Sequence record: NC_010105.1
Reading direction: 5' to 3' (one strand)
DNA length: 64,000 nt
Source of the DNA: Escherichia phage JS98
Below, in pieces: positions 56,289 to 64,000 of the stretch. Made by a program: the position numbers and the translations under genes. Numbering within the stretch: the stretch's first letter is position 1; every line of letters begins with the position of its first letter. The notes beneath the pieces are model-generated. The model did no database searches. It was not told where the DNA came from and saw only the letters and a program-made list of their open reading frames with translations.

Positions 56289-56300
56289 GAGACCTCATTA

Positions 56301-56759
56301 TTAAAGATAGATTACTTTCGTGCTGGTTTTACCTTCTAAACGTTTAGAGTTAACAAATGCCATACGACATTTTAATGAATATCCTTTATCAGGATGTTTA
56401 CGATCTACGGTCATACCCAACCATAAGGTTTTATCGGTAATCTCGAGACGCAGTGGACGATACACTTTACCTGGGACAATTTCAGATTCTACGTCAGGAA
56501 GAGGCTCCTGGATTAAAAATTCATGGATTTCTTTAACATGATTGTGGAGCTTCTTGAACAAAGAGAAAACATATTTTTCGTCAATTTCACGTTGGATAGC
56601 ACGGTCCAACAAGTGATTAGAGTACTTAATAAAGAAAGCTGGGACACCGCTCTTAATGGCGGCTTTTTTGATGGACGCGTTAAGTTCACGAAATTCGGTT
56701 TCGAACTGACGACGTAATTTGTTGCGGCGGATGAATACTTCTGAATTAATTTCTGACAT
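56301..56759 (-). CDS. regB: RegB endoribonuclease
   Basis: start re-placed to ATG 56759 (MSEINSEVFIRRNKLRR) with SD AGGAG; matches T4 RegB as recalled. Confidence 0.88.
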   Translation of the reverse strand: MSEINSEVFIRRNKLRRQFETEFRELNASIKKAAIKSGVPAFFIKYSNHLLDRAIQREIDEKYVFSLFKKLHNHVKEIHEFLIQEPLPDVESEIVPGKVYRPLRLEITDKTLWLGMTVDRKHPDKGYSLKCRMAFVNSKRLEGKTSTKVIYL

Positions 56760-56787
56760 TTTGTAATCTCCTGTAGTTGATAGGTCT

Positions 56788-56816
56788 ATAGTACCATGTC
56801 TACAGGAGATGTAAAC
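56788..56816 (-). promoter_or_regulatory. early promoter (GTTTAC-N17-TACTAT)
   Basis: immediately upstream of regB. Confidence 0.6.
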
Positions 56817-56821
56817 TGCTT

Positions 56822-57100
56822 TTAGTATTTTTCTTCGGGTTGGAAAACAGAACGACAGGCCCACATGGAGGCTTCTTTCAAGCGTTCTATTGCCGTACGA
56901 ATCTGGGCGAGACGTTCATGAGTGAGGTCGAATTCTTCATCACTCATTTTATCAACACCTGAGCATGTAAAGGCTTCAACGTATTCTTCTTCTAATGCTT
57001 TAAAGATTAAGCCTAATCGAACTTCAGCATCTTTAATGGCATTCACTTTACTGATTTTATCGTCGGTATGTGGCTTGTAACCCTTGATATCTTCAATCAT
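56822..57100 (-). CDS. hypothetical protein
   Basis: 92-aa ORF. Confidence 0.4.
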   Translation of the reverse strand: MIEDIKGYKPHTDDKISKVNAIKDAEVRLGLIFKALEEEYVEAFTCSGVDKMSDEEFDLTHERLAQIRTAIERLKEASMWACRSVFQPEEKY

Positions 57101-57315
57101 TTCACTTCCTCATCAGATGCAATATCATATTCTACAAAACGAAGGCCATCGTATCCACCACTAACAGAGATATACGTAGTCGGGTAAACAATTTCTTTAC
57201 CATTCCATTGGCCACCGTCCCAACATTCCATAAAGCCTTGTTCGCCCTGTTCGTGGAACCAGTCAACAAACATCTTCAGGGCTTCATCAGAGCCTTCAAT
57301 TGTCAATTTAGACAT
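57097..57315 (-). CDS. hypothetical protein
   Basis: 72-aa ORF. Confidence 0.35.
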   Translation of the reverse strand: MSKLTIEGSDEALKMFVDWFHEQGEQGFMECWDGGQWNGKEIVYPTTYISVSGGYDGLRFVEYDIASDEEVK

Positions 57316-57604
57316 ATTTTTTCCAGTCAGAAATCATATGAATCTCTTGGTCATACGTCAAGAGACTGCGAGTTATAATACCCTTACAAGGCCCAGAGAT
57401 GAACTCGAGGGTGAAGTAAGGAACCTGTTTCATTAATCGGATACTAGGAGCGTGGCATCTAAAACGAGAGCCCTTAAAGGGCCCTGACATGAATACGTAT
57501 TCTAATGGATAGAAATAAGCATATTCGAAATTTGCAGTAAGGTCCTCTCTTCGAACCTTACGTGAGAAATAACAGAACTCAAAAAGTTCTTCATCGGTCA
57601 TCAT
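57308..57604 (-). CDS. hypothetical protein
   Basis: 98-aa ORF. Confidence 0.35.
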   Translation of the reverse strand: MMTDEELFEFCYFSRKVRREDLTANFEYAYFYPLEYVFMSGPFKGSRFRCHAPSIRLMKQVPYFTLEFISGPCKGIITRSLLTYDQEIHMISDWKKYV

Positions 57605-58146
57605 TGCATTCCTATCACAAAGAACAGAGGGCGAGTAGTTTGATTGCTTTCTTCACATGATGCACGACAGCAATGTTGCACCACCTTTATATGGGCATCA
57701 TAAATCTTATCCATATCAGGTGTTTTAACAGGCTCATCAATTATATACAGAACCCGTGAAAGTGATAATCCACGGAATTTGCATGCAGTGTTACCAATAA
57801 AACTACGAACAGAATCAGTGTACAAACGGTACTTAATACTTTCTGTATGGTTATTAAAATATTCCTTTCGGATTGCAGCAGCCGAAACATTAGCATACGC
57901 GGCGCAATTAGACAAAATAATTACAGTCCCGCCACCTGCGAGCCAATCAGACGCAAAAATGGATACTGCCCTTGTTTTACCAGATTGGCGTCCACCATCA
58001 AGTTTTAGGGTGCAGCATTCTTTAAACAGGGTTTGTGAATCAGGTACATAAAACCCACTATTACAAATGTGTTCTACTCTAGCATCAGAATGGTTTGCAA
58101 AAGCATTCATCAGGGATAGATAACTACCGGTTAAAAACGTTTTCAT
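57601..58146 (-). CDS. small P-loop NTPase-like protein
   Basis: start placed at ATG 58146 (MKTFLTGSY); GGRQSGKT Walker A-like, LYIIDEP Walker B-like. Confidence 0.4.
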   Translation of the reverse strand: MKTFLTGSYLSLMNAFANHSDARVEHICNSGFYVPDSQTLFKECCTLKLDGGRQSGKTRAVSIFASDWLAGGGTVIILSNCAAYANVSAAAIRKEYFNNHTESIKYRLYTDSVRSFIGNTACKFRGLSLSRVLYIIDEPVKTPDMDKIYDAHIKVVQHCCRASCEESNQTTRPLFFVIGMQ

Positions 58147-58309
58147 AATTGTCTCTTTTTTAAGTTGGGGCCATTCCTTGGCACATAATTCATCCATGTA
58201 TCCGTATGTAAACCCTTTACCGCACTTGGGCTCGACCTTATTACAGGTAGGGAAAGGTCCATCACTCAGAGGACGCGACGTTCATGAGGAGAGGGCCGGC
58301 TTGCCTTTA

Positions 58310-58609
58310 TTAGAAAGAACCAGAACCTTTAATTGTGTTCTGGCGACCTTTATTTTCCAATTCGGAGTGGTCGATTTCGTATGCTTGGGCTACACCAAAG
58401 GCTTTTTTAACTTTAGCTAAAGAGCCTTTAGATGTAACAATATTAAAAGTATTACCTTTAGTAAAATCAACCAAATCCACTTGTACGCCCTGTTTACCGA
58501 GGCTTGCTACAATAGCATCAACATATTCTTGGTCTAAGGTGCCTTGGACACCTATTTGGAATGCTTTAGGAGCTTTGGCTTCTGTAATAAATTCTTGATA
58601 AGTTTTCAT
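58310..58609 (-). CDS. capsid internal protein (IPII-like) with N-terminal capsid-targeting sequence
   Basis: 99 aa; MKTYQEFITEA leader. Confidence 0.7.
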   Translation of the reverse strand: MKTYQEFITEAKAPKAFQIGVQGTLDQEYVDAIVASLGKQGVQVDLVDFTKGNTFNIVTSKGSLAKVKKAFGVAQAYEIDHSELENKGRQNTIKGSGSF

Positions 58610-58651
58610 ATTATTCCTTAAGTTGATAGAAGTATTCTATCACGGATTTAA

Positions 58652-59068
58652 TTAAGCGTAAATAGCCTTGCCGTAGTGTTTGTACCAGGTAGGACGTTGT
58701 GCAATTTTTTCGTCCAAACGAGCTTGTGAAATAGCGATAGAAGCTTCGTGAGGAACATAATCACCACGGAATTCCTGAGGAATATCACTAATGTCCTGGA
58801 CCGTAGTATCCTTGATATTAAAGCCACGTTTTAAACATTCGGCTATAAGCTCGATTTGACGCTTACGTAAAAATTCAAGCTTATCATAAAAGAATGTAAC
58901 GTGGCCTGTACCAAGGATAAAAGTAGGGCTGATTTTAAAATCACGAACACGTTTACCGTTAGCAACATGCTTACGAACTGCACCGAAAACACGTGGTAAT
59001 TCACGATATTCAGCCATTAAGTGTTGGTCAGCCAATTCAGATACTAAGGTAAGGTTGATACGAGTCAT
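58652..59068 (-). CDS. denV: endonuclease V (pyrimidine-dimer DNA glycosylase) DenV
   Basis: 138 aa; [34 protein letters not shown] near-identical to T4 DenV as recalled. Confidence 0.95.
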   Translation of the reverse strand: MTRINLTLVSELADQHLMAEYRELPRVFGAVRKHVANGKRVRDFKISPTFILGTGHVTFFYDKLEFLRKRQIELIAECLKRGFNIKDTTVQDISDIPQEFRGDYVPHEASIAISQARLDEKIAQRPTWYKHYGKAIYA

Positions 59069-59095
59069 TTTTAATCTCCTGTAGTTGATAGGTCT

Positions 59096-59124
59096 ATAGT
59101 ATCATGCCTACAGGAGAAGTAAAC
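59096..59124 (-). promoter_or_regulatory. early promoter (GTTTAC-N17-TACTAT)
   Basis: upstream of denV. Confidence 0.6.
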
Positions 59125-59523
59125 TTATTTGTAAGTTTTCATCCAATTCTTGAACAGAGCTGCAACGTCTTTCTCTTTAACGTTCAATTTAACGTCCAGC
59201 ATTTTGCCACCGGCGGCACGTGTCTGACGAATCTTGGCCGTACCGGTTTCGCCATTCCACTCAACATAATACTGCCCGGTGTTCATAGCGATACCATCGC
59301 CATAGTCTTCGTTCTTAGAAGTAGTGAATGCCAACTTCATGGTCTTAGAGACACGGGCCTGCATGCCTGTCTGCAGAGCGTTACGAACGCGAATAACCTG
59401 AGGAGTGGCCTGGGTTAGGTTCTCGTTCAGTTCTTCGGTGAACTCTTCTGATTCAAACATTGCCAAAAGTTCAGCGGGCGCCGGGATTACAGCTTCGGCG
59501 ATAAATTCATTATAAGTTTTCAT
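59125..59523 (-). CDS. capsid internal protein with N-terminal capsid-targeting sequence
   Basis: 132 aa; MKTYNEFIAEA leader. Confidence 0.65.
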   Translation of the reverse strand: MKTYNEFIAEAVIPAPAELLAMFESEEFTEELNENLTQATPQVIRVRNALQTGMQARVSKTMKLAFTTSKNEDYGDGIAMNTGQYYVEWNGETGTAKIRQTRAAGGKMLDVKLNVKEKDVAALFKNWMKTYK

Positions 59524-59563
59524 ATAGGTCCTTTAAAGGTAAATGTGTTTAAGTATAGGCTTA

Positions 59564-60160
59564 TTAATTACCACGGGCTGCATTAGCAACGGCGTAAGCG
59601 TACTGAATATTAGCGTCTTTAAACGTACCTTTAGAGGTATCTAGTTCTGCCTTAAAGCCGGCCTTAGTCATAACATCGGCAAATTCTTTACGGAAAGCCA
59701 TTGTATCAAGACCTTTCCATGCTGATTTATGCTTGGCAAATTCAAGACCAGCGAAGTTGACTGCTTTAGCCAATTTATTATCAATAGTCCATTTACCTGC
59801 TTTAGGTACAAATACCGGACCTTTCTGTTTAGAGAACAGTTTTAAATTCCAGCGACGAAGGTCGCCGTCGGCTTTAACAAAAGCTGCGTCCAAGTTACTA
59901 GCAACAACATCTTGAATATGGCCAAATTTAAGCCCATCAGCTTCAATATTTAGGTCGTTACGCCAGCGAAGTCCTTCCCAGGCGAAAGCTTTAAAGTCGG
60001 AAGCTTTTGTAGCTAAATACCGTTCAATAGGAGCTGTTTTAGCGTCAAAGCCGTTTCCTGGGTTGTCAACGCCGTTTCCTCGGTAGGTCCACTCATCTTT
60101 ATTAATGCCTTTGACCTTTCCTGCAGTAGCTTCGGCGATAAATTCTTTATACGTTTTCAT
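59564..60160 (-). CDS. capsid internal protein (IPIII-like)
   Basis: 198 aa; MKTYKEFIAEA leader. Confidence 0.7.
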   Translation of the reverse strand: MKTYKEFIAEATAGKVKGINKDEWTYRGNGVDNPGNGFDAKTAPIERYLATKASDFKAFAWEGLRWRNDLNIEADGLKFGHIQDVVASNLDAAFVKADGDLRRWNLKLFSKQKGPVFVPKAGKWTIDNKLAKAVNFAGLEFAKHKSAWKGLDTMAFRKEFADVMTKAGFKAELDTSKGTFKDANIQYAYAVANAARGN

Positions 60161-60212
60161 ACGGGTCCTTCAAATGTAAATATTTAATTAGTCTGTTCAA
60201 GTAACTGTAGAT

Positions 60213-60241
60213 ATACTATCACAATTCTAGGAGATGTAAAC
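60213..60241 (-). promoter_or_regulatory. early promoter (GTTTAC-N17-TAGTAT)
   Basis: upstream of IPIII-like gene. Confidence 0.5.
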
Positions 60242-60246
60242 TGCTT

Positions 60247-60735
60247 TTATCTATAAGCAGCCCAAGTACCTGTTTTAAAGGTGGCAATAACACGCTTGGC
60301 ACGATTCGGGGTTTGCTTGTACCAACGAGACTGCGCCAGGTTAACTGCGGCATCATCCCAACGTTTCTGTTGGAGCATACGCAGAGAGTTGGTAAATCCT
60401 GCTACACCAGCTTCGCCCATTTGGAAGACCATATTAATCAATGCGCAACGACGAACTTCGTCCAACACATCATAAACCGGTTTCAATTTAGGATTGCGCA
60501 TTATAGCTCTACGAGCATTTTCCACTGAACGATTAAAGAGCTGTTCAGCTTCAGCCATAGTAATACGACCATTACAAACTCGACCCATAAGCTTATCAAG
60601 TTCAGCGCGAGCAACATCTTTAGATGGGTTCTTGGTAACTAACTGGCCTATACCAATAGTCCAATAACCTTCAGTGTCTTTATAAAGATTTAAATCAAGA
60701 CCTTCGTCTTGACGTAACATATCAAAAATATCCAT
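60247..60735 (-). CDS. e: lysozyme (endolysin) e
   Basis: 162 aa; [30 protein letters not shown] and C-terminal two-thirds near-identical to T4 lysozyme as recalled. Confidence 0.95.
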   Translation of the reverse strand: MDIFDMLRQDEGLDLNLYKDTEGYWTIGIGQLVTKNPSKDVARAELDKLMGRVCNGRITMAEAEQLFNRSVENARRAIMRNPKLKPVYDVLDEVRRCALINMVFQMGEAGVAGFTNSLRMLQQKRWDDAAVNLAQSRWYKQTPNRAKRVIATFKTGTWAAYR

Positions 60736-60766
60736 AATTACCTCCTGATTATAGGAGGTATTTATA
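60736..60766 (-). promoter_or_regulatory. late promoter TATAAATA plus SD-sequestering hairpin upstream of e
   Basis: minus strand TATAAATA-CCTCCT-ATAATC-AGGAGG-TAATT-ATG; inverted repeat pairs with the SD. Confidence 0.6.
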
Positions 60767-61216
60767 TCAAAAGAGCGAATCTAAAACCTTAAACATCGAC
60801 GGGCCCATGACATATTCCCATTGCGGACGTTTAATCAAAGCGAAAGCGTCGAATTCCGGAATCGTACGACCATCAGGGAACGTATGGTAAGCTGTACATT
60901 TGCAATTCTTGAACTGCTCGTGTTCGACAGGCACAGTATATAAGAACAGGTGTAGATTCTTATTGCTTGAATATTTGAACTCACCTAGGTCTTTCAGGAA
61001 CGCAGGGTCGTATGCCGTGAATCCAATCTCTTCTTCGGTTTCACGCATTGCTGCTTGAATAGGCTCTTCACCTGGTTCGACATGACCTTTAGGAATGTCC
61101 CATTTATGACGCATGTTCTCTGGATTACGAGAGCCTGTTACACGACCCATAACCAATTCTTTATCGGCGGTCATGAACAAAATACCAGCAGATAGTTCTT
61201 TCACTTTCTTACTCAT
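60767..61216 (-). CDS. nudE: Nudix hydrolase NudE
   Basis: start re-placed to ATG 61216 (MSKKVKEL); Nudix box [22 protein letters not shown]. Confidence 0.85.
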   Translation of the reverse strand: MSKKVKELSAGILFMTADKELVMGRVTGSRNPENMRHKWDIPKGHVEPGEEPIQAAMRETEEEIGFTAYDPAFLKDLGEFKYSSNKNLHLFLYTVPVEHEQFKNCKCTAYHTFPDGRTIPEFDAFALIKRPQWEYVMGPSMFKVLDSLF

Positions 61217-61445
61217 CGTCTCGTTCCCATGATTGTTTAAAGATATCTCGTATAATAATTTCAACACATGTTTCTGTTGACGGACTTTCACTATCAGATA
61301 TTTGGACCATATAATCAGAAATAGGTCGGAACAAATCCAAGTCACTTTCTAAATCTTCTTTGATTTTCTCTTCTGATGTCCCGGTGTCATAGGAATACAG
61401 ATAAGAATCGCATGACTCGGATTTAATATAAATCGCAATACTCAT
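61209..61445 (-). CDS. hypothetical acidic protein
   Basis: 78-aa ORF. Confidence 0.35.
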   Translation of the reverse strand: MSIAIYIKSESCDSYLYSYDTGTSEEKIKEDLESDLDLFRPISDYMVQISDSESPSTETCVEIIIRDIFKQSWERDDE

Positions 61446-62029
61446 TTACGGCATTCCTCAATAAAAGAGTTTAATGTATTTTTCTTAGTGATATCGTCAT
61501 ATACCTTTTTAACTTTAGAAATACGAAAAGGTACTTCAATAACTGCAGTCCATAAAAATGATGCGATAAGTCCTAAGATAGCCGCAGACATCGCTGAAGC
61601 AAATAGCGTAATAGGCAGGTCATTATCCGTTGTCAGGAAAAACCCTAGGAGTGGGAAAAATAATATCCCCATCCAAACATAGAACCTAGAACTCACTAAT
61701 TTGTCGTATTCATCACTCCATGTACGAAAGCCGTATTTTTTGCTATAACAAATCAATGGGTCTGGTGTCTGTTCTTTATGGGGTTCCGGTTGCCAACCAT
61801 TTACGATATAGCCCATTTTATATTCCTCAATTAAAAGTTGTTTCATTTCAGCAGTACAACCCGACCAATCTATTGTACTGGCTGAAATTCCTTCATCGCC
61901 ATCATCAATATTTCGCCATGACTTTTTAATAATCATATTCTCACCACTTGGGATAATGATTCCGGCATTTTCGGGCCGACGGATGAAGTTTACATCAACA
62001 CCCATACAACCCGGTTCATAAAGGGCCAT
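61442..62029 (-). CDS. hypothetical membrane protein
   Basis: 195 aa; two C-terminal TM segments. Confidence 0.45.
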   Translation of the reverse strand: MALYEPGCMGVDVNFIRRPENAGIIIPSGENMIIKKSWRNIDDGDEGISASTIDWSGCTAEMKQLLIEEYKMGYIVNGWQPEPHKEQTPDPLICYSKKYGFRTWSDEYDKLVSSRFYVWMGILFFPLLGFFLTTDNDLPITLFASAMSAAILGLIASFLWTAVIEVPFRISKVKKVYDDITKKNTLNSFIEECRK

Positions 62030-62715
62030 TACCAGCCCTCCATAGGGAATTCCAGATATACTTGGGCATTAACGCGGATTTCATTTGTAATCTTTTTAAC
62101 ACGGTCTGTATTACGAGACACACGACCAAACCAGCGCCAGCCATTACTTACTGCACGAGAACCTGTATGCCATGTCTGCCAATCAAACTGGAGCAATGTG
62201 CGGTCAGGAGCATCCCACTTGGTTAATTCATTAGACTCAATTTTTTCCAGAACTTCTTTATGCCACTGGCGATAGATAAGTTCGCCTTCAGGAATCTGGC
62301 TAAATTGTACAGTTCCGGTTGCAAAATAAGTAGGACACACATCAGCGTTAACAAGACCAAGAATATGTTCAGAATGGTATCGAGGATTATCATAATCAGG
62401 TTGCCCTGCAGTAATAAAGTGTTGACCAACTGGAATATCCGGACGCGGTACATCATCATGGTGATAACCTGGGATAGCAGGATACCAACCAGGCATAAGC
62501 ATATGAACTCGAGAATCAAATACAACCTGGTCGGTGTTCCAATCGTCCGGCAGGTTCATGATGAAGCTGCGAGTAATAGGACCACCGTTATCAAAAGCGA
62601 AGGCCAACGAACTGTTGAAGAACATAGTTTCGTTTTTGATTTTATCGTTAGAAATTTTACCGGCAAAACTACCTACTGCACGAGCTTGAGAATTAAAAGT
62701 TTTCGGGCTGTTCAT
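62029..62715 (-). CDS. hypothetical protein (His-rich motifs)
   Basis: 228-aa ORF. Confidence 0.45.
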   Translation of the reverse strand: MNSPKTFNSQARAVGSFAGKISNDKIKNETMFFNSSLAFAFDNGGPITRSFIMNLPDDWNTDQVVFDSRVHMLMPGWYPAIPGYHHDDVPRPDIPVGQHFITAGQPDYDNPRYHSEHILGLVNADVCPTYFATGTVQFSQIPEGELIYRQWHKEVLEKIESNELTKWDAPDRTLLQFDWQTWHTGSRAVSNGWRWFGRVSRNTDRVKKITNEIRVNAQVYLEFPMEGW

Positions 62716-62729
62716 AATATTTTCCTCAA

Positions 62730-63020
62730 TTACTTTTTGTTGAAAAAGTACATTTTACCTTTAGGGGATAAGGATACACGAAGTGCGTTACCGATACCAA
62801 CTGAACATTTAACCAGGTCAGCAGATTTCAATTCACCAAATGCTTGACGAAGGTCACCGTCACGAGTGTTAACCATCAGGCATTTAGCACCAGCTGCACG
62901 AACTTCGTTTAACATGTTGATTGCTTGGTTAGAAAGTTTCATTTTATTCTCCATTTCACTCTGTTGTTTTGATAGGTCTATAGTATCACACCTATAGACC
63001 TTGTATACTGTTTTATGCAA
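62730..63020 (-). CDS. hypothetical protein
   Basis: 96-aa ORF; start uncertain. Confidence 0.35.
   Translation of the reverse strand: MHKTVYKVYRCDTIDLSKQQSEMENKMKLSNQAINMLNEVRAAGAKCLMVNTRDGDLRQAFGELKSADLVKCSVGIGNALRVSLSPKGKMYFFNKK
62981..63009 (-). promoter_or_regulatory. early-type promoter (variant -35 GTATAC)
   Basis: GTATAC-N17-TACTAT. Confidence 0.4.
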
Positions 63021-63980
63021 TTATTTTGTGAAAGGACGAATTAAATGTTGGTTATCTTGGAACCGCTTGATGTAGTCATTTTCACCTAGCGTCTTATACA
63101 TATTCACTACAGCTTGGTAGTTTTCCCAGGCATACTCGCGGAACCAGCCTGAAGTGATTGAGGTACACACTTTCTCAAGAGCCATATAGAAACTTAACGA
63201 TGGTGAAATATTGAAGTCATTAGGAACCTGTGAACGTTCTAGGGCCAACACACAAGTTTCTTCATATACGCCAGCCAGTTTAATAGCTTCAGGCAAAGCT
63301 TCAAACTTCTCGCGTGAGGTCATGACTTCAGAACCGTCTTTCATATAAAAGGTATACGCTGGGCGTCCAGCCAATGCCACAGCTTCATGGATAGAGTCAT
63401 GGTCTAATGTATAAATGGTATCATTAAAGAACGATGATTTGTTTACATCCAATTTAGGATGAGAATAGCTCAACGTTTCTTTCTGGCGTTGCAGCATGAT
63501 TTCTTGGAGCTCTTCATTCAAGGTTACACCTTTATTACGAAGATATTTGATGTGGGACATCGTCTTCAAAAAGAACGGGTTGTTCTTCAAATAACGATGG
63601 CTCATTTTGATGGCCAGACAGATATCAGGTGTGGCCCAATAGAAACCCGTAAGACGGTCCTTTTTAATATGATTTTCGGCATATTTCAGGAGACGATAAC
63701 TTGAGGTGAAATCTTCGTCCTGAAGCTCGCCGGTGATTTCTCGTACGTTAGTCAGGGCACGGACGATATAAGCTTCAAAATAGGTTTCTTTACCATTGTA
63801 CATACATTTAAAGGCCTGGACATCAGGATTATCCACAGGAACATGGGCACCGAACATCCGAGCTTTAAAGTGATTCCACGAGCCTTGGTCGGCAATAAAA
63901 TCCCAATCAGAATTTTCGATATACTTACTTTCAATCAGACCAGCGTGGTGCAGTGCACGAGAACCAATAACTAGCATCAT
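63021..63980 (-). CDS. hypothetical protein (possible minimal nucleotidyltransferase fold)
   Basis: 319 aa; N-terminal GSRALHH...SDWDF resembles GS...DxD. Confidence 0.4.
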   Translation of the reverse strand: MMLVIGSRALHHAGLIESKYIENSDWDFIADQGSWNHFKARMFGAHVPVDNPDVQAFKCMYNGKETYFEAYIVRALTNVREITGELQDEDFTSSYRLLKYAENHIKKDRLTGFYWATPDICLAIKMSHRYLKNNPFFLKTMSHIKYLRNKGVTLNEELQEIMLQRQKETLSYSHPKLDVNKSSFFNDTIYTLDHDSIHEAVALAGRPAYTFYMKDGSEVMTSREKFEALPEAIKLAGVYEETCVLALERSQVPNDFNISPSLSFYMALEKVCTSITSGWFREYAWENYQAVVNMYKTLGENDYIKRFQDNQHLIRPFTK

Positions 63981-64000
63981 AATATTTTCCTCATTAATAA

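Noticed and set aside
7782-63009. Dispersed near-identical 45-bp repeats as a possible CRISPR array or transposon ends
   Set aside because: Copies are kilobases apart, always sit just upstream of gene starts in one orientation and match the T4 early-promoter consensus; there is no repeat-spacer periodicity
1-64000. tRNA genes, introns or inteins
   Set aside because: No cloverleaf-like structures were recognised by eye, and gp43, nrdC and tk frames are continuous; a tRNAscan run would be needed to exclude tRNAs formally

Overview
This 64-kb window reads as the early/middle (DNA replication, recombination, nucleotide metabolism, host takeover) region of a T4-like (Tevenvirinae-type) myovirus. 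Virtually all genes lie on the minus strand, tightly tiled and often translationally coupled through ATGA or TAATG stop/start overlaps. Orthologues recognised from the translations, in T4 map order: rIIA, a fused topoisomerase II large subunit (39+60), dexA, dda, modA/modB-like ADP-ribosyltransferases, soc, 56, 61, dmd, 41, 40, uvsX, a gene 42-like hydroxymethylase, imm-like, 43, regA, 62, 44, 45, 46, 47, 55, 49, nrdC, rI-like, tk, regB, denV, three internal proteins, e and nudE. All identifications are from my memory of the T4 proteins and visible motifs; no database search was run. The regulatory layout is readable by eye: at least 17 copies of a conserved early-promoter element, MotA-box middle promoters, TATAAATA late promoters and UUCG-tetraloop terminators. 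The main finding is that no T4 alpha- or beta-glucosyltransferase is recognisable. In the beta-gt slot there is instead a translationally coupled operon (22069-26243) with a nucleotidyltransferase-kinase fusion, a HAD phosphatase, a P-loop kinase, the hydroxymethylase and an orphan 297-aa protein, which I interpret as a candidate, possibly undescribed, DNA hypermodification system. Several ORF-track starts are N-terminally extended (some begin on TTG/GTG); starts were re-placed where an ATG with a Shine-Dalgarno could be verified.
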